A DNA stretch of 55,975 bases from an uncultured Myxococcota bacterium. GTDB lineage: Bacteria; Myxococcota_A; UBA796. Of this stretch, positions 44,823 through 55,600 are shown piece after piece; position 1 is the first letter of the stretch, and the number at the start of each line of letters is the position of its first letter. The DNA lies in contig CBFICN010000004.1 in NCBI GenBank assembly GCA_965661045.1, positions 1 to 55,975 of the forward strand. The letters run 5' to 3'. Below the pieces are notes generated by a model. It had not been told where the DNA came from and did no database searches. It saw nothing but the letters and a program-made list of their open reading frames with translations. Both the position numbers and the translations under genes were made by a program.

Positions 44823-47171
44823 ATGAATCTTGACAGTCTTTACATCGCGTTGCCATCTCAATCACCCGCTGACATTAAGGAGTGGTGGTCGCAATATTCA
44901 AATGCGCATTCTGATGCGGACCGCGATGGTTTCTTTCAGTGGCTGTTTGAGCAAAAACACTTGACCGATCTGGAGTATTGGGACGCCTTAAACGGCGCCG
45001 ATATGAGTCTGTCTGCCGATTTGGGATCGGAATTGCTCGCCGATGACAGCACTCAAGTACGAGAAGAACCCTATCAGTTCATCGCGGAACTGGGCGTGGG
45101 GGCAATGGGTGAAGTGCACATTGTTCGAGAAGGTTTCCTGCGTCGAAAAGTGGCATTGAAGTTTATTCGAACAGACAGGGCCAATGAGCGAACATCCGCT
45201 CGGTTTGTTCGAGAGGCGCTCATTACGGCACAACTCGATCACCCAAACATCGTGCCCATTTACAATTATGAGCAAAGTTTGCACGGCAATCCTGCATACA
45301 CCATGAAGTGGATCAAAGGACGCACATTTGAGGAGATTCTCAAAGAGTGTCGACATGAGGTTGACTATGGGCAATCGATGGGCGCACCGACACTGGTAGA
45401 ACGGTTGGACCTCTTCGTCAAACTGTGTGAAGCCATGCATTACGCGCACTCCAAACAGGTGATCCATCGAGATTTGAAACCTGCCAATGTCATGGTTGGA
45501 CCCTTCGGTGAACTCTACGTTATGGATTGGGGAATTGCACGGGTGGTGGGACAAGCCGATGAGGCGGATCCAACTTTTGATGGCAATGCCAGTGACGACA
45601 ACGAAAGTCTTGATCTTACTGGAGATGGTTTTGACACCCAAGATGGTTCAATTGTGGGAACGATAGCCTACCTGTCACCAGAACAAGCCCGAGGGGAAAT
45701 TGCCGATTTGACTGTCGCCAGTGATCAGTATGCGCTGGGGTTGATTTTGTTTGAACTCATCACTTTGACCAAAGGTGTGCAACGGGGCAAGACACGTGAA
45801 ATGTTGCGACGTGCACAACGTGGTCAGTTGGCACCAATCGTGCATTACAGTCCGGCTATGGAAGTGGCACCTGAGTTGCAGGCAATCATTCAAAAGGCCT
45901 GTGCTTTTTTGCCTGAGAATCGGTATCCATCCGTAGAGAACCTCGTTGAAGATGTTCGTTCATTCATGCGTGATGAACCCATTTCCGTGTACAAAGATCC
46001 GCCGTTGACTGTGATTATGCGGTGGGTGTCCAAGCACCGTTTGCAAGCTTTTGCGCTTGGTGTTTTTGTGGTGTTCGTTGGGCTGGCGGTGTCTCTCTAT
46101 TCATTGTCGCGAGAGCAACAGGTGCGAGAGCAGAATTTGATTCGAGAGCAGGAATTGCAAGCCGCAATCCAGATTCGCAACAAGCACTTGGGTCAACTCA
46201 TGGCCGACACGGCTCAACAAGCCAATGAGATGGCGCAGTCCTTGCTCTATTTTGAGGGGTTGCTTCGAGAGTTGACAGCGTCTGCAAAGACCCGTTTGCT
46301 CTTTGCCCAAACGGCCCCGCCAGAACAGATTTTTCACCACACCGATTACGGCAGTCCTGCAACAGCCCCATCAGATTTGGCACTGTCTGCGCGGTATGAT
46401 ATTGAATTGTCCACAGAACATCCGGTGGTGAAACTGGCACCCGATGTCTCTTTGACATCTGCGGTTCAGCATCAAGAAGCGTTGTTGGTTTCTCTCCGAC
46501 CAGTCTTTCAAAATGTATTTGCGCAAAGTGTATCGGAAGAGGGCCTCCCTTTTGCAGAATTGGATGTGGCAATTCGAGAGACCGGTACACCCATGGTGTG
46601 GACCTATGTGGCGTTGGAAACGGGGATTCATGTCGCTTATCCCGGAAAGGGTACGTACAGTGCTGAATATGATCCCAGAAAACGACCGTGGTACCAAGAT
46701 AGTTTGACCCATATCAACCCAACTTGCTTACCCCCCTATGAGGACAGTATGGGACAAGGGTTGTTGTTGCCTTGTACGATGGTGGTCTCGTCTGAGGACA
46801 ATGAAATCTTGGGTGTGGCTGGGATTGAGTTGTCTCTTGAGCAATTCAGTCGTGAGATTTTGGGATTTCAATCGAAGGTGGTTGCCGAAGGGTCTGTTCA
46901 CTCTTTATTGATTGCCAGCGATGGAGAAGTGCTTGCCGCACACAACGCAACGCAAAAAGTTGGAGAACAGTTCAGTAATTCCGTGGTACTCAAGCAAGTT
47001 CAAGCCGGTCGTGCGGGATACAGTCTGATCGATGAGCGTACCCAGCAAGAGATGGTGCAAGCAGATCCGCTGACGATGCCAGATGCGGACTTGTATCTAT
47101 ATCAGCCAGTTGGCTCTGACGGTTGGGTATACATTGTGTATGGTCGAGCGGAAGATATGCTGCCAAAATGA
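44823..47171 (+). CDS. Receptor-type Ser/Thr kinase with single TM and C-terminal dCache_1 sensor domain
   Basis: LGVGAMGEV, VALK, HRDLKPANV, DWG, GTIAYLSPEQ; TM near 46040-46105; YDPRKRPWY, PYED, ILGVAGIE Cache motifs. Confidence 0.88.
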   Translation: MNLDSLYIALPSQSPADIKEWWSQYSNAHSDADRDGFFQWLFEQKHLTDLEYWDALNGADMSLSADLGSELLADDSTQVREEPYQFIAELGVGAMGEVHIVREGFLRRKVALKFIRTDRANERTSARFVREALITAQLDHPNIVPIYNYEQSLHGNPAYTMKWIKGRTFEEILKECRHEVDYGQSMGAPTLVERLDLFVKLCEAMHYAHSKQVIHRDLKPANVMVGPFGELYVMDWGIARVVGQADEADPTFDGNASDDNESLDLTGDGFDTQDGSIVGTIAYLSPEQARGEIADLTVASDQYALGLILFELITLTKGVQRGKTREMLRRAQRGQLAPIVHYSPAMEVAPELQAIIQKACAFLPENRYPSVENLVEDVRSFMRDEPISVYKDPPLTVIMRWVSKHRLQAFALGVFVVFVGLAVSLYSLSREQQVREQNLIREQELQAAIQIRNKHLGQLMADTAQQANEMAQSLLYFEGLLRELTASAKTRLLFAQTAPPEQIFHHTDYGSPATAPSDLALSARYDIELSTEHPVVKLAPDVSLTSAVQHQEALLVSLRPVFQNVFAQSVSEEGLPFAELDVAIRETGTPMVWTYVALETGIHVAYPGKGTYSAEYDPRKRPWYQDSLTHINPTCLPPYEDSMGQGLLLPCTMVVSSEDNEILGVAGIELSLEQFSREILGFQSKVVAEGSVHSLLIASDGEVLAAHNATQKVGEQFSNSVVLKQVQAGRAGYSLIDERTQQEMVQADPLTMPDADLYLYQPVGSDGWVYIVYGRAEDMLPK

Positions 47172-47341
47172 TGAAGGGCGTTGTATCTACTTGTCTCTAT
47201 TACTGCGTTGTTGGCATCCGAATTACTGGTATTGATTCGTATAGAGACATGTCCGAGCGACATTGAATGCGACAAAAGGTAAACCGGTACAGGAATGGTC
47301 GAGGAAAAGCCGGCAATGATACACAGTTTGGGAGAGAAGAA

Positions 47342-48142
47342 ATGGGTGTAGAAAAAAAACTGAAAATTGTGACGTGGAACATCAACGGCATCAAAGCTCG
47401 TCGTCCTTATTTGGAACTGTTTTTGGATGAGCAGAGTCCAGACATTCTTTGTATACAAGAACTCAAATCTCTCACAGACAAAGTCCCCACGGAAATTTTC
47501 ACAGAACGCGGGTATGAGGTTGCTGTATTTGGACAAAAGTCGTGGAATGGTGTCATGATTGCCTCAAAATACCCGATGACCGATGTCGAAATGGGGTTGC
47601 CAGACAACGGACACGAAAATCAGTCGCGGGCACTTGCGGCCACGATCAAAGGAATACGCATCATAAACCTGTACTGCCCTCAAGGACAGTCAGCGGACTC
47701 GGAGGCGTTTCAGTTTAAAAAACGTTTCTACGATCGACTTCAGGGTTGGATTGAATCGGTTCACACACCTGAAGATGAACTGATCATCACAGGAGATTTC
47801 AACATTGCCCCGAAGAGGATTGACGTGTATGACTTCAGTGTATTCAATGGCGTTCCGACACACCACCCAGACGAGTTGACACGTTGGTATCGACTCTTGG
47901 AATGGGGACTCTTTGATCTCAGTGAAGGAATACTGACGCCTGGGACATACACCTTTTGGGACTACCGCAGATTGGCATTCCCAAAAAATAACGGTCTACG
48001 CATTGACCATTTCGTGGGAACCGAGGTGATTCAACAGCGCACGGATGATGTACAGGTCATCCGAGACTTTCGAAAGAAAAAAAATGGTTTGACCGCCAGT
48101 GATCATGCTCCAGTAGCACTGTCATTGAAGCAGAAAGACTAA
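47342..48142 (+). CDS. xth: Exodeoxyribonuclease III / AP endonuclease
   Basis: IVTWNINGIKAR, DILCIQELK, GQKSWNGV, NLYCPQG, TGDFNIAP, YTFWDYR, GLRIDH, SDHAPV. Confidence 0.95.
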   Translation: MGVEKKLKIVTWNINGIKARRPYLELFLDEQSPDILCIQELKSLTDKVPTEIFTERGYEVAVFGQKSWNGVMIASKYPMTDVEMGLPDNGHENQSRALAATIKGIRIINLYCPQGQSADSEAFQFKKRFYDRLQGWIESVHTPEDELIITGDFNIAPKRIDVYDFSVFNGVPTHHPDELTRWYRLLEWGLFDLSEGILTPGTYTFWDYRRLAFPKNNGLRIDHFVGTEVIQQRTDDVQVIRDFRKKKNGLTASDHAPVALSLKQKD

Positions 48143-48735
48143 TCTATTTGCTTGAAGAGTTGTTGAACCTTTCCCTGTGCCAGCGCAATTTCTTCTGGTT
48201 TCATGTGGGATGAGATGGCGTCGATCATTTTGTTGGCCCGTTCTTGATTGAGTCCATTGGCCCCAAGTTTGCTGCGTTCAAACCAAAAGTAGGACTCTAT
48301 GAGATTCACATCAAAACCACGACCAGAGGCGTAGCGGGCACCCAGGTTGTATTGGGCTTGAAAATGTCCCAGTTTGGCGGCTTGTAGATAGAGATCATTG
48401 GCTTTTTGTTCATCAGCATCGACCCCTTTGCCATAGGAATAGAGCATCGCCAAGTTGTTCATCGCCCAAGTGTCTCCGTGCTCTATGGCTTTGTGGTACC
48501 ATTGTGCAGCCTGAGATGCATCGGCAGGTACACCGCGTCCGTGTTCAAACAACAGTCCAATGGCGTATTGAGCTTGAGGATGGTTTTCCTTGGCGGCTTG
48601 TTGATACCACTCCATGGCTTCGGTGTAGCTTTGTGGGACGCCGCGTCCAAATTCAAACATTTGCCCCAGTTCATATTGTGCTTGCGGGTTTCCATTGAGG
48701 GCCGAGTCTTTGAGAGTGTCGGTTGATTCGGACAT
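48139..48735 (-). CDS. Sel1-like repeat protein
   Basis: Four repeats AQYELG/AQYAIG/AMNNLA/AQYNLG...GxGV...WY; AAGGAG RBS. Confidence 0.92.
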   Translation of the reverse strand: MSESTDTLKDSALNGNPQAQYELGQMFEFGRGVPQSYTEAMEWYQQAAKENHPQAQYAIGLLFEHGRGVPADASQAAQWYHKAIEHGDTWAMNNLAMLYSYGKGVDADEQKANDLYLQAAKLGHFQAQYNLGARYASGRGFDVNLIESYFWFERSKLGANGLNQERANKMIDAISSHMKPEEIALAQGKVQQLFKQID

Positions 48736-48926
48736 GAGTACTCCTTTTTTGATACAGTCACCATAGAGGGTAGTGAAAGCGAAATAATTCGGATATGATA
48801 GAAGAGACTTCAACTTCAATGCAGTGTTGCAATCTTCAAGTATAGATGTATCTCAAATTTAATTGGTTTAGTGTGACTTTTTACAATTGACGATCCAGTA
48901 TATGAACGGTTGCTTGAGAGGATTTC

Positions 48927-50165
48927 ATGGCCAAGAACATGTGGGGAAAACAACCGCCCAAAAAACAAGCCTACACACCCCCTGAGCTTGGAACCCCAAA
49001 CTTTTGGGGGCCGGCTCCCGTACCGCCGAAAGTTTACCAAACGTGGGACGACATCAGAGGGGAAGGACGTGACGGAGAAGATTCTGACGCCCCGGAAGGC
49101 ATTGGTGATGCAGGTGCCCATGATTCTTGGGTGTCTCAGTTTTCTAAGCGCTTTGCCATTTCAGCGCCATCGATTGCCGGGGAAGGGAGAGACGGAAACT
49201 CGTCGGGTACGGAAGGTAGATCTTCGACCGCCAATACCGTCAACATTGCCGGAGAAGGCCGTGATGGAGAAGAGGCAGAGGACAAAGGCAGCTTAACCTA
49301 TGGAGCACACGACAGTTGGGTTACAGGCTTCGAAAAAGAACTGGCCAGTAGCACAGCAGGTTCAGCGGACCCCACGCCAAGAGAGCAAGGTGCAGGTGGG
49401 CACGACTCTTGGGTGTCTCAGTTCTCTCAGCAGATGAGCAGTGATCCCTTTACGGTGTCTGGCGAAGGTGCAGATGGCAATTACATGGCGTCGCCGGTTG
49501 CCAAGCCTGCGGTTCAACCAATGTCCAGCATCTTTGGCGAGGGCCGCGATGGACAGGACGCACAATCTCCAGACGGGTTGGAAGAAAGCAACAAGCACGA
49601 ATCATGGGTCAACGCCTTCAAAAAGGAGCTGGTCAAGAGTGAAGGGACAAGTTGGAGAGCGCCCGTACCAGCGAGTCCAGCGATTGCATCATCTGGATTT
49701 ACAAGTGGTCCAGCAGCCACAAAAGAAGCGCCTGCGGATAAGTTTGTCGGACAGTGGAACTTTCGTGTCAAAATTAATGGAATACCCGATGACAATTGCA
49801 AACTGTTGAGCATTTCGGGATTGTCCAGTGAAACTGAGCCCATTGAGTTCAAGCGCAGCACGCGTCAATATGTGGAAGCCATACCGGGTAAATTCAAATA
49901 TTCCAATGTTGAATTGACCAAAGTGATGAATCTTGGTGGTGACTCTTTTGCCAATTGGCGGACTGAGATTGAAAATGGGGCCAATGACACCCGTACCATC
50001 ACGGTGTATTTGCACCATATTGATCTGAAAGGGGATCCGGTCATGGTGTTGACACTCCATGATGCATGGCCTCTAAAATGGGAGTTTCCAGAGCTCAGTG
50101 GGTCGTCGTCGGATGCAGCCATCGAAAAAATCACGTTGAACGTGGGGCGCATTACGCGAGGGTAG
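48927..50165 (+). CDS. Phage/CIS tail tube (T4 gp19/Afp1-like) domain fused to a ~270-aa repetitive N-terminal extension
   Basis: C-terminal ~142 aa: WNFRVKINGI, SISGLSSETEPIEF, IPGKFKYSNVELTK, FANW, RTITVYL, LHDAWPLKW..PEL, AAIEKITL; GAGG RBS. Confidence 0.8.
   Translation: MAKNMWGKQPPKKQAYTPPELGTPNFWGPAPVPPKVYQTWDDIRGEGRDGEDSDAPEGIGDAGAHDSWVSQFSKRFAISAPSIAGEGRDGNSSGTEGRSSTANTVNIAGEGRDGEEAEDKGSLTYGAHDSWVTGFEKELASSTAGSADPTPREQGAGGHDSWVSQFSQQMSSDPFTVSGEGADGNYMASPVAKPAVQPMSSIFGEGRDGQDAQSPDGLEESNKHESWVNAFKKELVKSEGTSWRAPVPASPAIASSGFTSGPAATKEAPADKFVGQWNFRVKINGIPDDNCKLLSISGLSSETEPIEFKRSTRQYVEAIPGKFKYSNVELTKVMNLGGDSFANWRTEIENGANDTRTITVYLHHIDLKGDPVMVLTLHDAWPLKWEFPELSGSSSDAAIEKITLNVGRITRG
49053..49619 (+). 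repeat. Interspersed coding repeats: 5x GEG(R/A)DG and 4x H(D/E)SWVxxF
   Basis: IRGEGRDG, IAGEGRDG x2, VSGEGADG, IFGEGRDG; AHDSWVSQF, AHDSWVTGF, GHDSWVSQF, KHESWVNAF; DNA copy TCTTGGGTGTCTCAGTT occurs twice. Confidence 0.9.
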
Positions 50166-50222
50166 ATTCAATTAATCGATGACAACTCGATGACAGATTG
50201 ATGCCCATATGGCTGTTGTTGG

Positions 50223-52601
50223 TTATTTGGGTGAGTCCACATTCGAAAATCGATCAACTTGAATGGTGATGTGGTCTCCGTTGCCGTGTGCATCTTCAAC
50301 CGCAATGGTGTGCGTTCCTTCGGAGGGGGTCCACCACAGTTCGATGGACTCTTGACTGTACCCCAAGAATTGATCGTCAATGTACCAGTACAATTTGGCG
50401 TGTGGATCGCTGTGGTTGGCTTGTAGGGGGATTCGTTGATCGCTTCCGTCGTCCAGCAGAAGAATGCGGTGGTTGGATTTGGGGTGCTCAATCAGCAGTG
50501 TGGAGTGCAATGTTGCGATGTTTTCACAGTTTTTTGCCAGAGGTGGCAGGTCTACAGGCAGTTTGGACCAGCGCTGAAAAGCCATCGAAGGGACCCATAC
50601 CGTATGTGGTTTGAGTGTCGTGTTGCTGCACTGTGGAGCGGTGCGTCGACCATTGGCATCGACAAATATGGTGTGGTGTTGTGTACATTTTTCTGTTGGG
50701 ACACGTGTCTTTAGGGCCAAAGTTTCAACGGTGTCATGACAGGCTTTTGAGGGCAATAGACCGGTTTGAGAACAGACGTCAATTGAGGTCAGCGAACCTG
50801 GCTTTGGTGGTGGTAGAAAGGGGTCTTCCAGTCGTTCCATCAATTCAAAAAATACTGTCCCTGCCGCTTGCGAGCCAATCAAGTGCACGCTGGACGTGTG
50901 ATCGAGGTTTCCAAACCAGACGGTTGAGACAAAATCATCGCCCCACCCGGAGGTCCACGCGTCGTGAAATCCAAAACTGGTACCCGTTTTCCAAGACAGA
51001 GGACGGTGTTGGGCGGTGTATTCCATTCGATCAGGGAAGTCGGGACGATCTCGTTGACGCAAGGCCTCTCCGGTCAACCAGGCGGCCCCATCACTAATGG
51101 GGGAATCTCCCAATGGATGTTTGAGCAAAATGTGTTGCTCAAGGCTTGGATCACTGAGCAAAGACAACGGTGTAGAACGTCCAAGGTTTGCCAACGTGGT
51201 ATAGGCTTGAGCCAATTCCAGAGGGGTCAGTTCCAATCCAACGGCAGCGGATAGCCCCAGTCGATCGCGGTGTGCTTCAAACTCTCGAATGCCCAACTGT
51301 GAGAGCAAGTGCAAAAATTCGTTGAGTCCCATTTCGGACAGCAGTTCAATGAAGGGAATGTTGTAGGACTGGGAGAGGGATTCGCGAAGCGTGACCAAAC
51401 CATGATATTCTGCGCCGTAATTTCGAGGTTGATAGCCCCGAAAGTTCTGTGGAATGTCTTCCATGATTCGAACGGGGGTGGCTTGTCCCAGATCAATGGC
51501 CATGGCGTACAAAAATGGCTTTAGGGTGGAACCAGCAGAACGCGTGACAGAATAGGAAGGAATGGTGGAACCATGCTCACCAGACCAATAGTCGAAATTT
51601 CCCATCAACCCTCGAATCTCGCCGGTGTGTTTGTCGGTGACAATCAGCGCTGAATTGTGAATCCCCAGTTTGGTATAGTGTTGCCGACGCGAAGTCAGCA
51701 ACTGTTGCAGCGTGGATTGAACATCCGAGTCCAATGTGGTCAACACTTTTTGTGATGGTTTCAACCGAGGTGTGAGTTGGTCCATTAGGTGGGGCAAATC
51801 CCTGGGGAAATCTAAAAATTTCGTGGGGACGGGCTTTGTCAAAATGTGATTGTTGAATTCGGCATCGTCTTTGATCGGCAGGGTTTGATTTCGATAGAGG
51901 AGTTTGGCGATGTGGTTTCGACTGTGTCGAAGTCGTTCTTGATTGTTGGGGTGTGGGTAGCGCGCGTTTGGATTTTGTGGGATGGCGATCAGCAACGCAA
52001 TCTGGTGGGCTTCGAGTTGGGTGGGGAGGTGTCCAAAGAATGCGAGCGAGGCGGCTTCAATGCCTTCAATATTTCGACCAAACGGAATGAATGACAGATA
52101 CAGTTCGAGAATTTCAGATTTTGAAAAATGCCATTCGAGTTGCATGGCTCTCCACGTTTCAATCAACTTGGAACGGTAGGTTCGAGGGCGTGGCTCTGCG
52201 ATTCGAACCAGTTGCATTGTCAGTGTACTGGCACCCGACACGACTTCTCCAGTCAACGTGTTTTGCACCAGCGCACGGAGAATGGACAGCGGATCAAATC
52301 CAGTGTGCCAAAAGAATCGCTCGTCTTCAATGCTGAGCAATGCGTCGATGTAGGCAGGGTCTACGTCATCCAAAGATACTTTGCTGCGCCAACGGTCATC
52401 TGGCGCCAATTGAATGTGACCGACGGAGCCATCACGGTAGAGCAGCATCGGGGAATGGCTTTCGGTCAATCGGAGTGGCAAGTCGATCGTTTCGAAAGAG
52501 CCGAATAGTCCAAATAGTCCGACGGTGGAGGTGAGCAACGCCACTCGAAATGGTTGTGTGGTGACGTTGCTCAACCGACTCCAGAGGAAAGAACGGGACA
52601 T
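50223..52601 (-). CDS. pbpC: Penicillin-binding protein 1C
   Basis: Transglycosylase EDERFFWH.G.D, SGASTLTMQLVR, SKLIE, ILELYL; transpeptidase GSTLKPF, SYN, KTGTS.G.HDAW; C-terminal beta domain; adjacent to alpha-2-macroglobulin. Confidence 0.95.
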   Translation of the reverse strand: MSRSFLWSRLSNVTTQPFRVALLTSTVGLFGLFGSFETIDLPLRLTESHSPMLLYRDGSVGHIQLAPDDRWRSKVSLDDVDPAYIDALLSIEDERFFWHTGFDPLSILRALVQNTLTGEVVSGASTLTMQLVRIAEPRPRTYRSKLIETWRAMQLEWHFSKSEILELYLSFIPFGRNIEGIEAASLAFFGHLPTQLEAHQIALLIAIPQNPNARYPHPNNQERLRHSRNHIAKLLYRNQTLPIKDDAEFNNHILTKPVPTKFLDFPRDLPHLMDQLTPRLKPSQKVLTTLDSDVQSTLQQLLTSRRQHYTKLGIHNSALIVTDKHTGEIRGLMGNFDYWSGEHGSTIPSYSVTRSAGSTLKPFLYAMAIDLGQATPVRIMEDIPQNFRGYQPRNYGAEYHGLVTLRESLSQSYNIPFIELLSEMGLNEFLHLLSQLGIREFEAHRDRLGLSAAVGLELTPLELAQAYTTLANLGRSTPLSLLSDPSLEQHILLKHPLGDSPISDGAAWLTGEALRQRDRPDFPDRMEYTAQHRPLSWKTGTSFGFHDAWTSGWGDDFVSTVWFGNLDHTSSVHLIGSQAAGTVFFELMERLEDPFLPPPKPGSLTSIDVCSQTGLLPSKACHDTVETLALKTRVPTEKCTQHHTIFVDANGRRTAPQCSNTTLKPHTVWVPSMAFQRWSKLPVDLPPLAKNCENIATLHSTLLIEHPKSNHRILLLDDGSDQRIPLQANHSDPHAKLYWYIDDQFLGYSQESIELWWTPSEGTHTIAVEDAHGNGDHITIQVDRFSNVDSPK

Positions 52602-52604
52602 CTG

Positions 52605-55600
52605 TTAGAGTTGTTCTCCCTTCCAGTCTCCGGATATCCGTACCATCGTGCCCTTGTGTCTGGACCAAATGGTGTCGTCGTACATGGCTTCGATGCTGAC
52701 AGGTGGGATGGTGAATGTTCCACTGGTGGTGGCGCGGGCAACATAGACGATGCTTTTTGTCCCGCCTCTGTGCAAGTCACCAAACACACGCAATTCACTG
52801 TCTTGTACGCTGAGGTAATCGGTGGACCATGTGGACACGGTGGTGAATTGCTCTGGGTTGATGCCGTTGGCCTGTAGGTTGGGGTTTTGGATCTCCCATC
52901 CTGCAGGAATTCGATCCACCAAAGCCAGTTCATTGAGGTCTTCCGAACTTTTGTTGGTGACCGTTAGAACCACAACCACTTCATCACCGAGGTTTTGGGT
53001 TTCTGGATTGAATGTTGTTCCATCCATGTTTCGGTAAGTCCGCGACACTTCTAGACCATTGTCGCCATACTGGTAATCCCCATTTGAACGGACCCCTTGG
53101 GTTGACAGCAGCAAAAACCCATCGGAGCCACTGCCCTTCACGGTCAGGGTATCGCCTTTGCGCTCAGTATCCCAGACGGTCCAAGAACGGTTGCCATCCT
53201 TGTTGCTGCTGGCGGTGAGCGCCTGTTTATTTTTGAGCAAGGTGGGTGCAGTCCAATCGCTGTCAAGAAGTACTCTCTGCGCCAGTGCAAACGTACTCCA
53301 CCCCAAAACCTGCGTGGAAGGGTAGCGTGTTTTGTAGGTTAAAATTTCTTGATGAATGTTCATCGCCAAGGCATTCCCCGCCTTGGTTTGGCTTCCAAAG
53401 AGTTCTTGGTGTAGACTGAGAATTAAGGCCTTAGAACGAAGTTTACTGCGGAAAGACCAAGGGTTGTAGCCTGTGGAGATCTCATCCAAGTTGGTGAGTT
53501 GCTTGAGTTCTTCTTCATAGGTGCGATCTCCACTGAGATACAGGGCCGTTTTGAGCATAAACTCAGATTCATAACTGTCAAAGTCCGACCGCTCTAACAA
53601 AGTGCGAATGGCGACAGGCTTGCCTCGCTCTGAGCGTGCCAACAAATAATGAGCGTAGGGTTTGGCTGTTGGCATGTAATCAGAATAGTAGCTGTAATCC
53701 ATGGAACCATTGCTCATGCGTTCCAAATAATCCAGACTTCCATTCAACAGACTGTCCATGACAGGGTGCCCAGCAGCTTTGGCATCCAACAGTACGTGGG
53801 TTGCATAGGCGGTGCCCCAAGGGTGTGACTGTTGGTTCCCAGGCCAATATCCAATGCCACCATCGCTCGTTTGCATGGAGGCCAACCGTTCGATGCCTGC
53901 CAGTACCATCTTTTCGACTGGCTTTTGAGTCAAAGTTGCGGGGTCCACGATTTCCAAGATGTCGGCAGCCGACAGCAGTGGGCGCAGTGAAGAAGACGTT
54001 TGTTCGACGCAACCGTAGGGGTATCGAATCAAATCGCGTACCCGTACCAAAGATTCCGAGTATGGATTGTTGGTTGCCCAAATGTTGGTGTCTTCAACCG
54101 TCCAGCCTTGAACATAGGCAGAGATGTCGGCTGTTCCGTTGAGGTTTCCACCCAGTACGTCCTTTAGGTGTATGCTGGTAAAGGAGCGTTCGGTTGGTTT
54201 GCGAGAGCCAAACGGCACTTCCAATTGTTCTTTAGACTGCAAGGAGCCGTCGGCATTTTCTGCGATGACATTGAACGTTGCAAAACCACTTTCTGCCAGT
54301 GCCTTCGCTTTGAAAACCAAGACGGTTTGCTCATCGGCGGCGATGGTGACAGTTCTTTTGTCTTTGTTCAAAAACTGGATTGTCTTTGTTTGAATGGCTT
54401 CTGTGCGACCGAGTGGAATACTGCTCTCAGCATCCAAAGAAACGGTGACGGTTTGTTCTTTGCCACTGAGGTTGGTCAAAAATACCGGAACATCAAAGAC
54501 ATCGCCCTCAGTTAAAAAGCGCGGCAACGTTGCTTGCATGGTCAGCGGGTCGCGAACCAAGACGTTGTCATCGGCGGAAGCAAAGCGCGTCGGAGAGGCA
54601 GACCAAGCCATGACCCGAACAGAGCCACTGTATTGTGGAATGTCAAATTCTGCGCTGGCGGTACCATCACTGTTTACATCAACCAGCCCCGACCACAGAG
54701 CGACGGGTTTGACGACTTTGGCTTTGCGACGGGCATTGCCTTCACCTGCACCCCCACCAGCCGGTGCGGAATCCATCGATGGAGAAGATATACCCCACCC
54801 AACAGTTTCAGCCGTTTCGACGTCCAGTGGCATTTTTGGAAAGAGGGCATCCGATGGATCGGGTGTGGCAAAATTGGTCAGTGAGAGCAAGCCTTCATCG
54901 ACGACGGCAACCATCGCGACCGTATCGTCTTCAACCGTACCACCCAAATCCAGGTTGACGGTCATTGTGCTGTTGGCTTGCACTTCTGTAGGGGCATCGA
55001 TGCTCAGTGTGTGGTTGAAGTTTTTGCTGCGGACTTTGATCGGTTGTGTTCCAAAGGCTCGAGACGGCATGTACGCTAGCTCTGAGTCACTGTGGGCATC
55101 TTTGACGAGCAAGGCGGTCGCGTAGACCGTGTTTTGAAATGCCTGACCGGCCAGCGAAAATTGCCATTGAACCTCTCCAGCCTCTTCTATGTCCATCCAC
55201 TCTTGTCGAATGATTCCGTCATTCTCGATGGTCCACAACAGTTTTCCGGGGTAGGGGACGACCGTTGTCGCCGTCACGGTTTCTTTGAGGTTCATAGATT
55301 CTGGAACGTGAATGTCCAGAGAGTCTGGTCGGAATGGGTCTGGTGTTTGAACGCGGGTTCGAGAGTACCAGTAGCCGTAAGCGCGCTCCAAGTCCAAAAA
55401 TGTGATGTTGGTTCCTGACTGGGCACGGATGCGATACTCTTTGACGCGGCGATCACCTTTGACTGAAAACTGGAACAAGCCTTTGTTGACTGGGACTGTT
55501 TGCGTATGCAATGGCTTTTCAAAGCGTTTGTAAGACACCTCATATCGATGAGACTCTTCGTTGAACGACCAATTGCTCGAATAATCCACTTCACTGAATT

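Noticed and set aside
48139-50165. Prophage or complete eCIS locus around the tube gene
   Set aside because: No other structural, integrase or lysis genes; flanks are ordinary chromosomal genes
54394-55125. 243-aa plus-strand ORF
   Set aside because: Antisense to alpha-2-macroglobulin with no independent coding evidence
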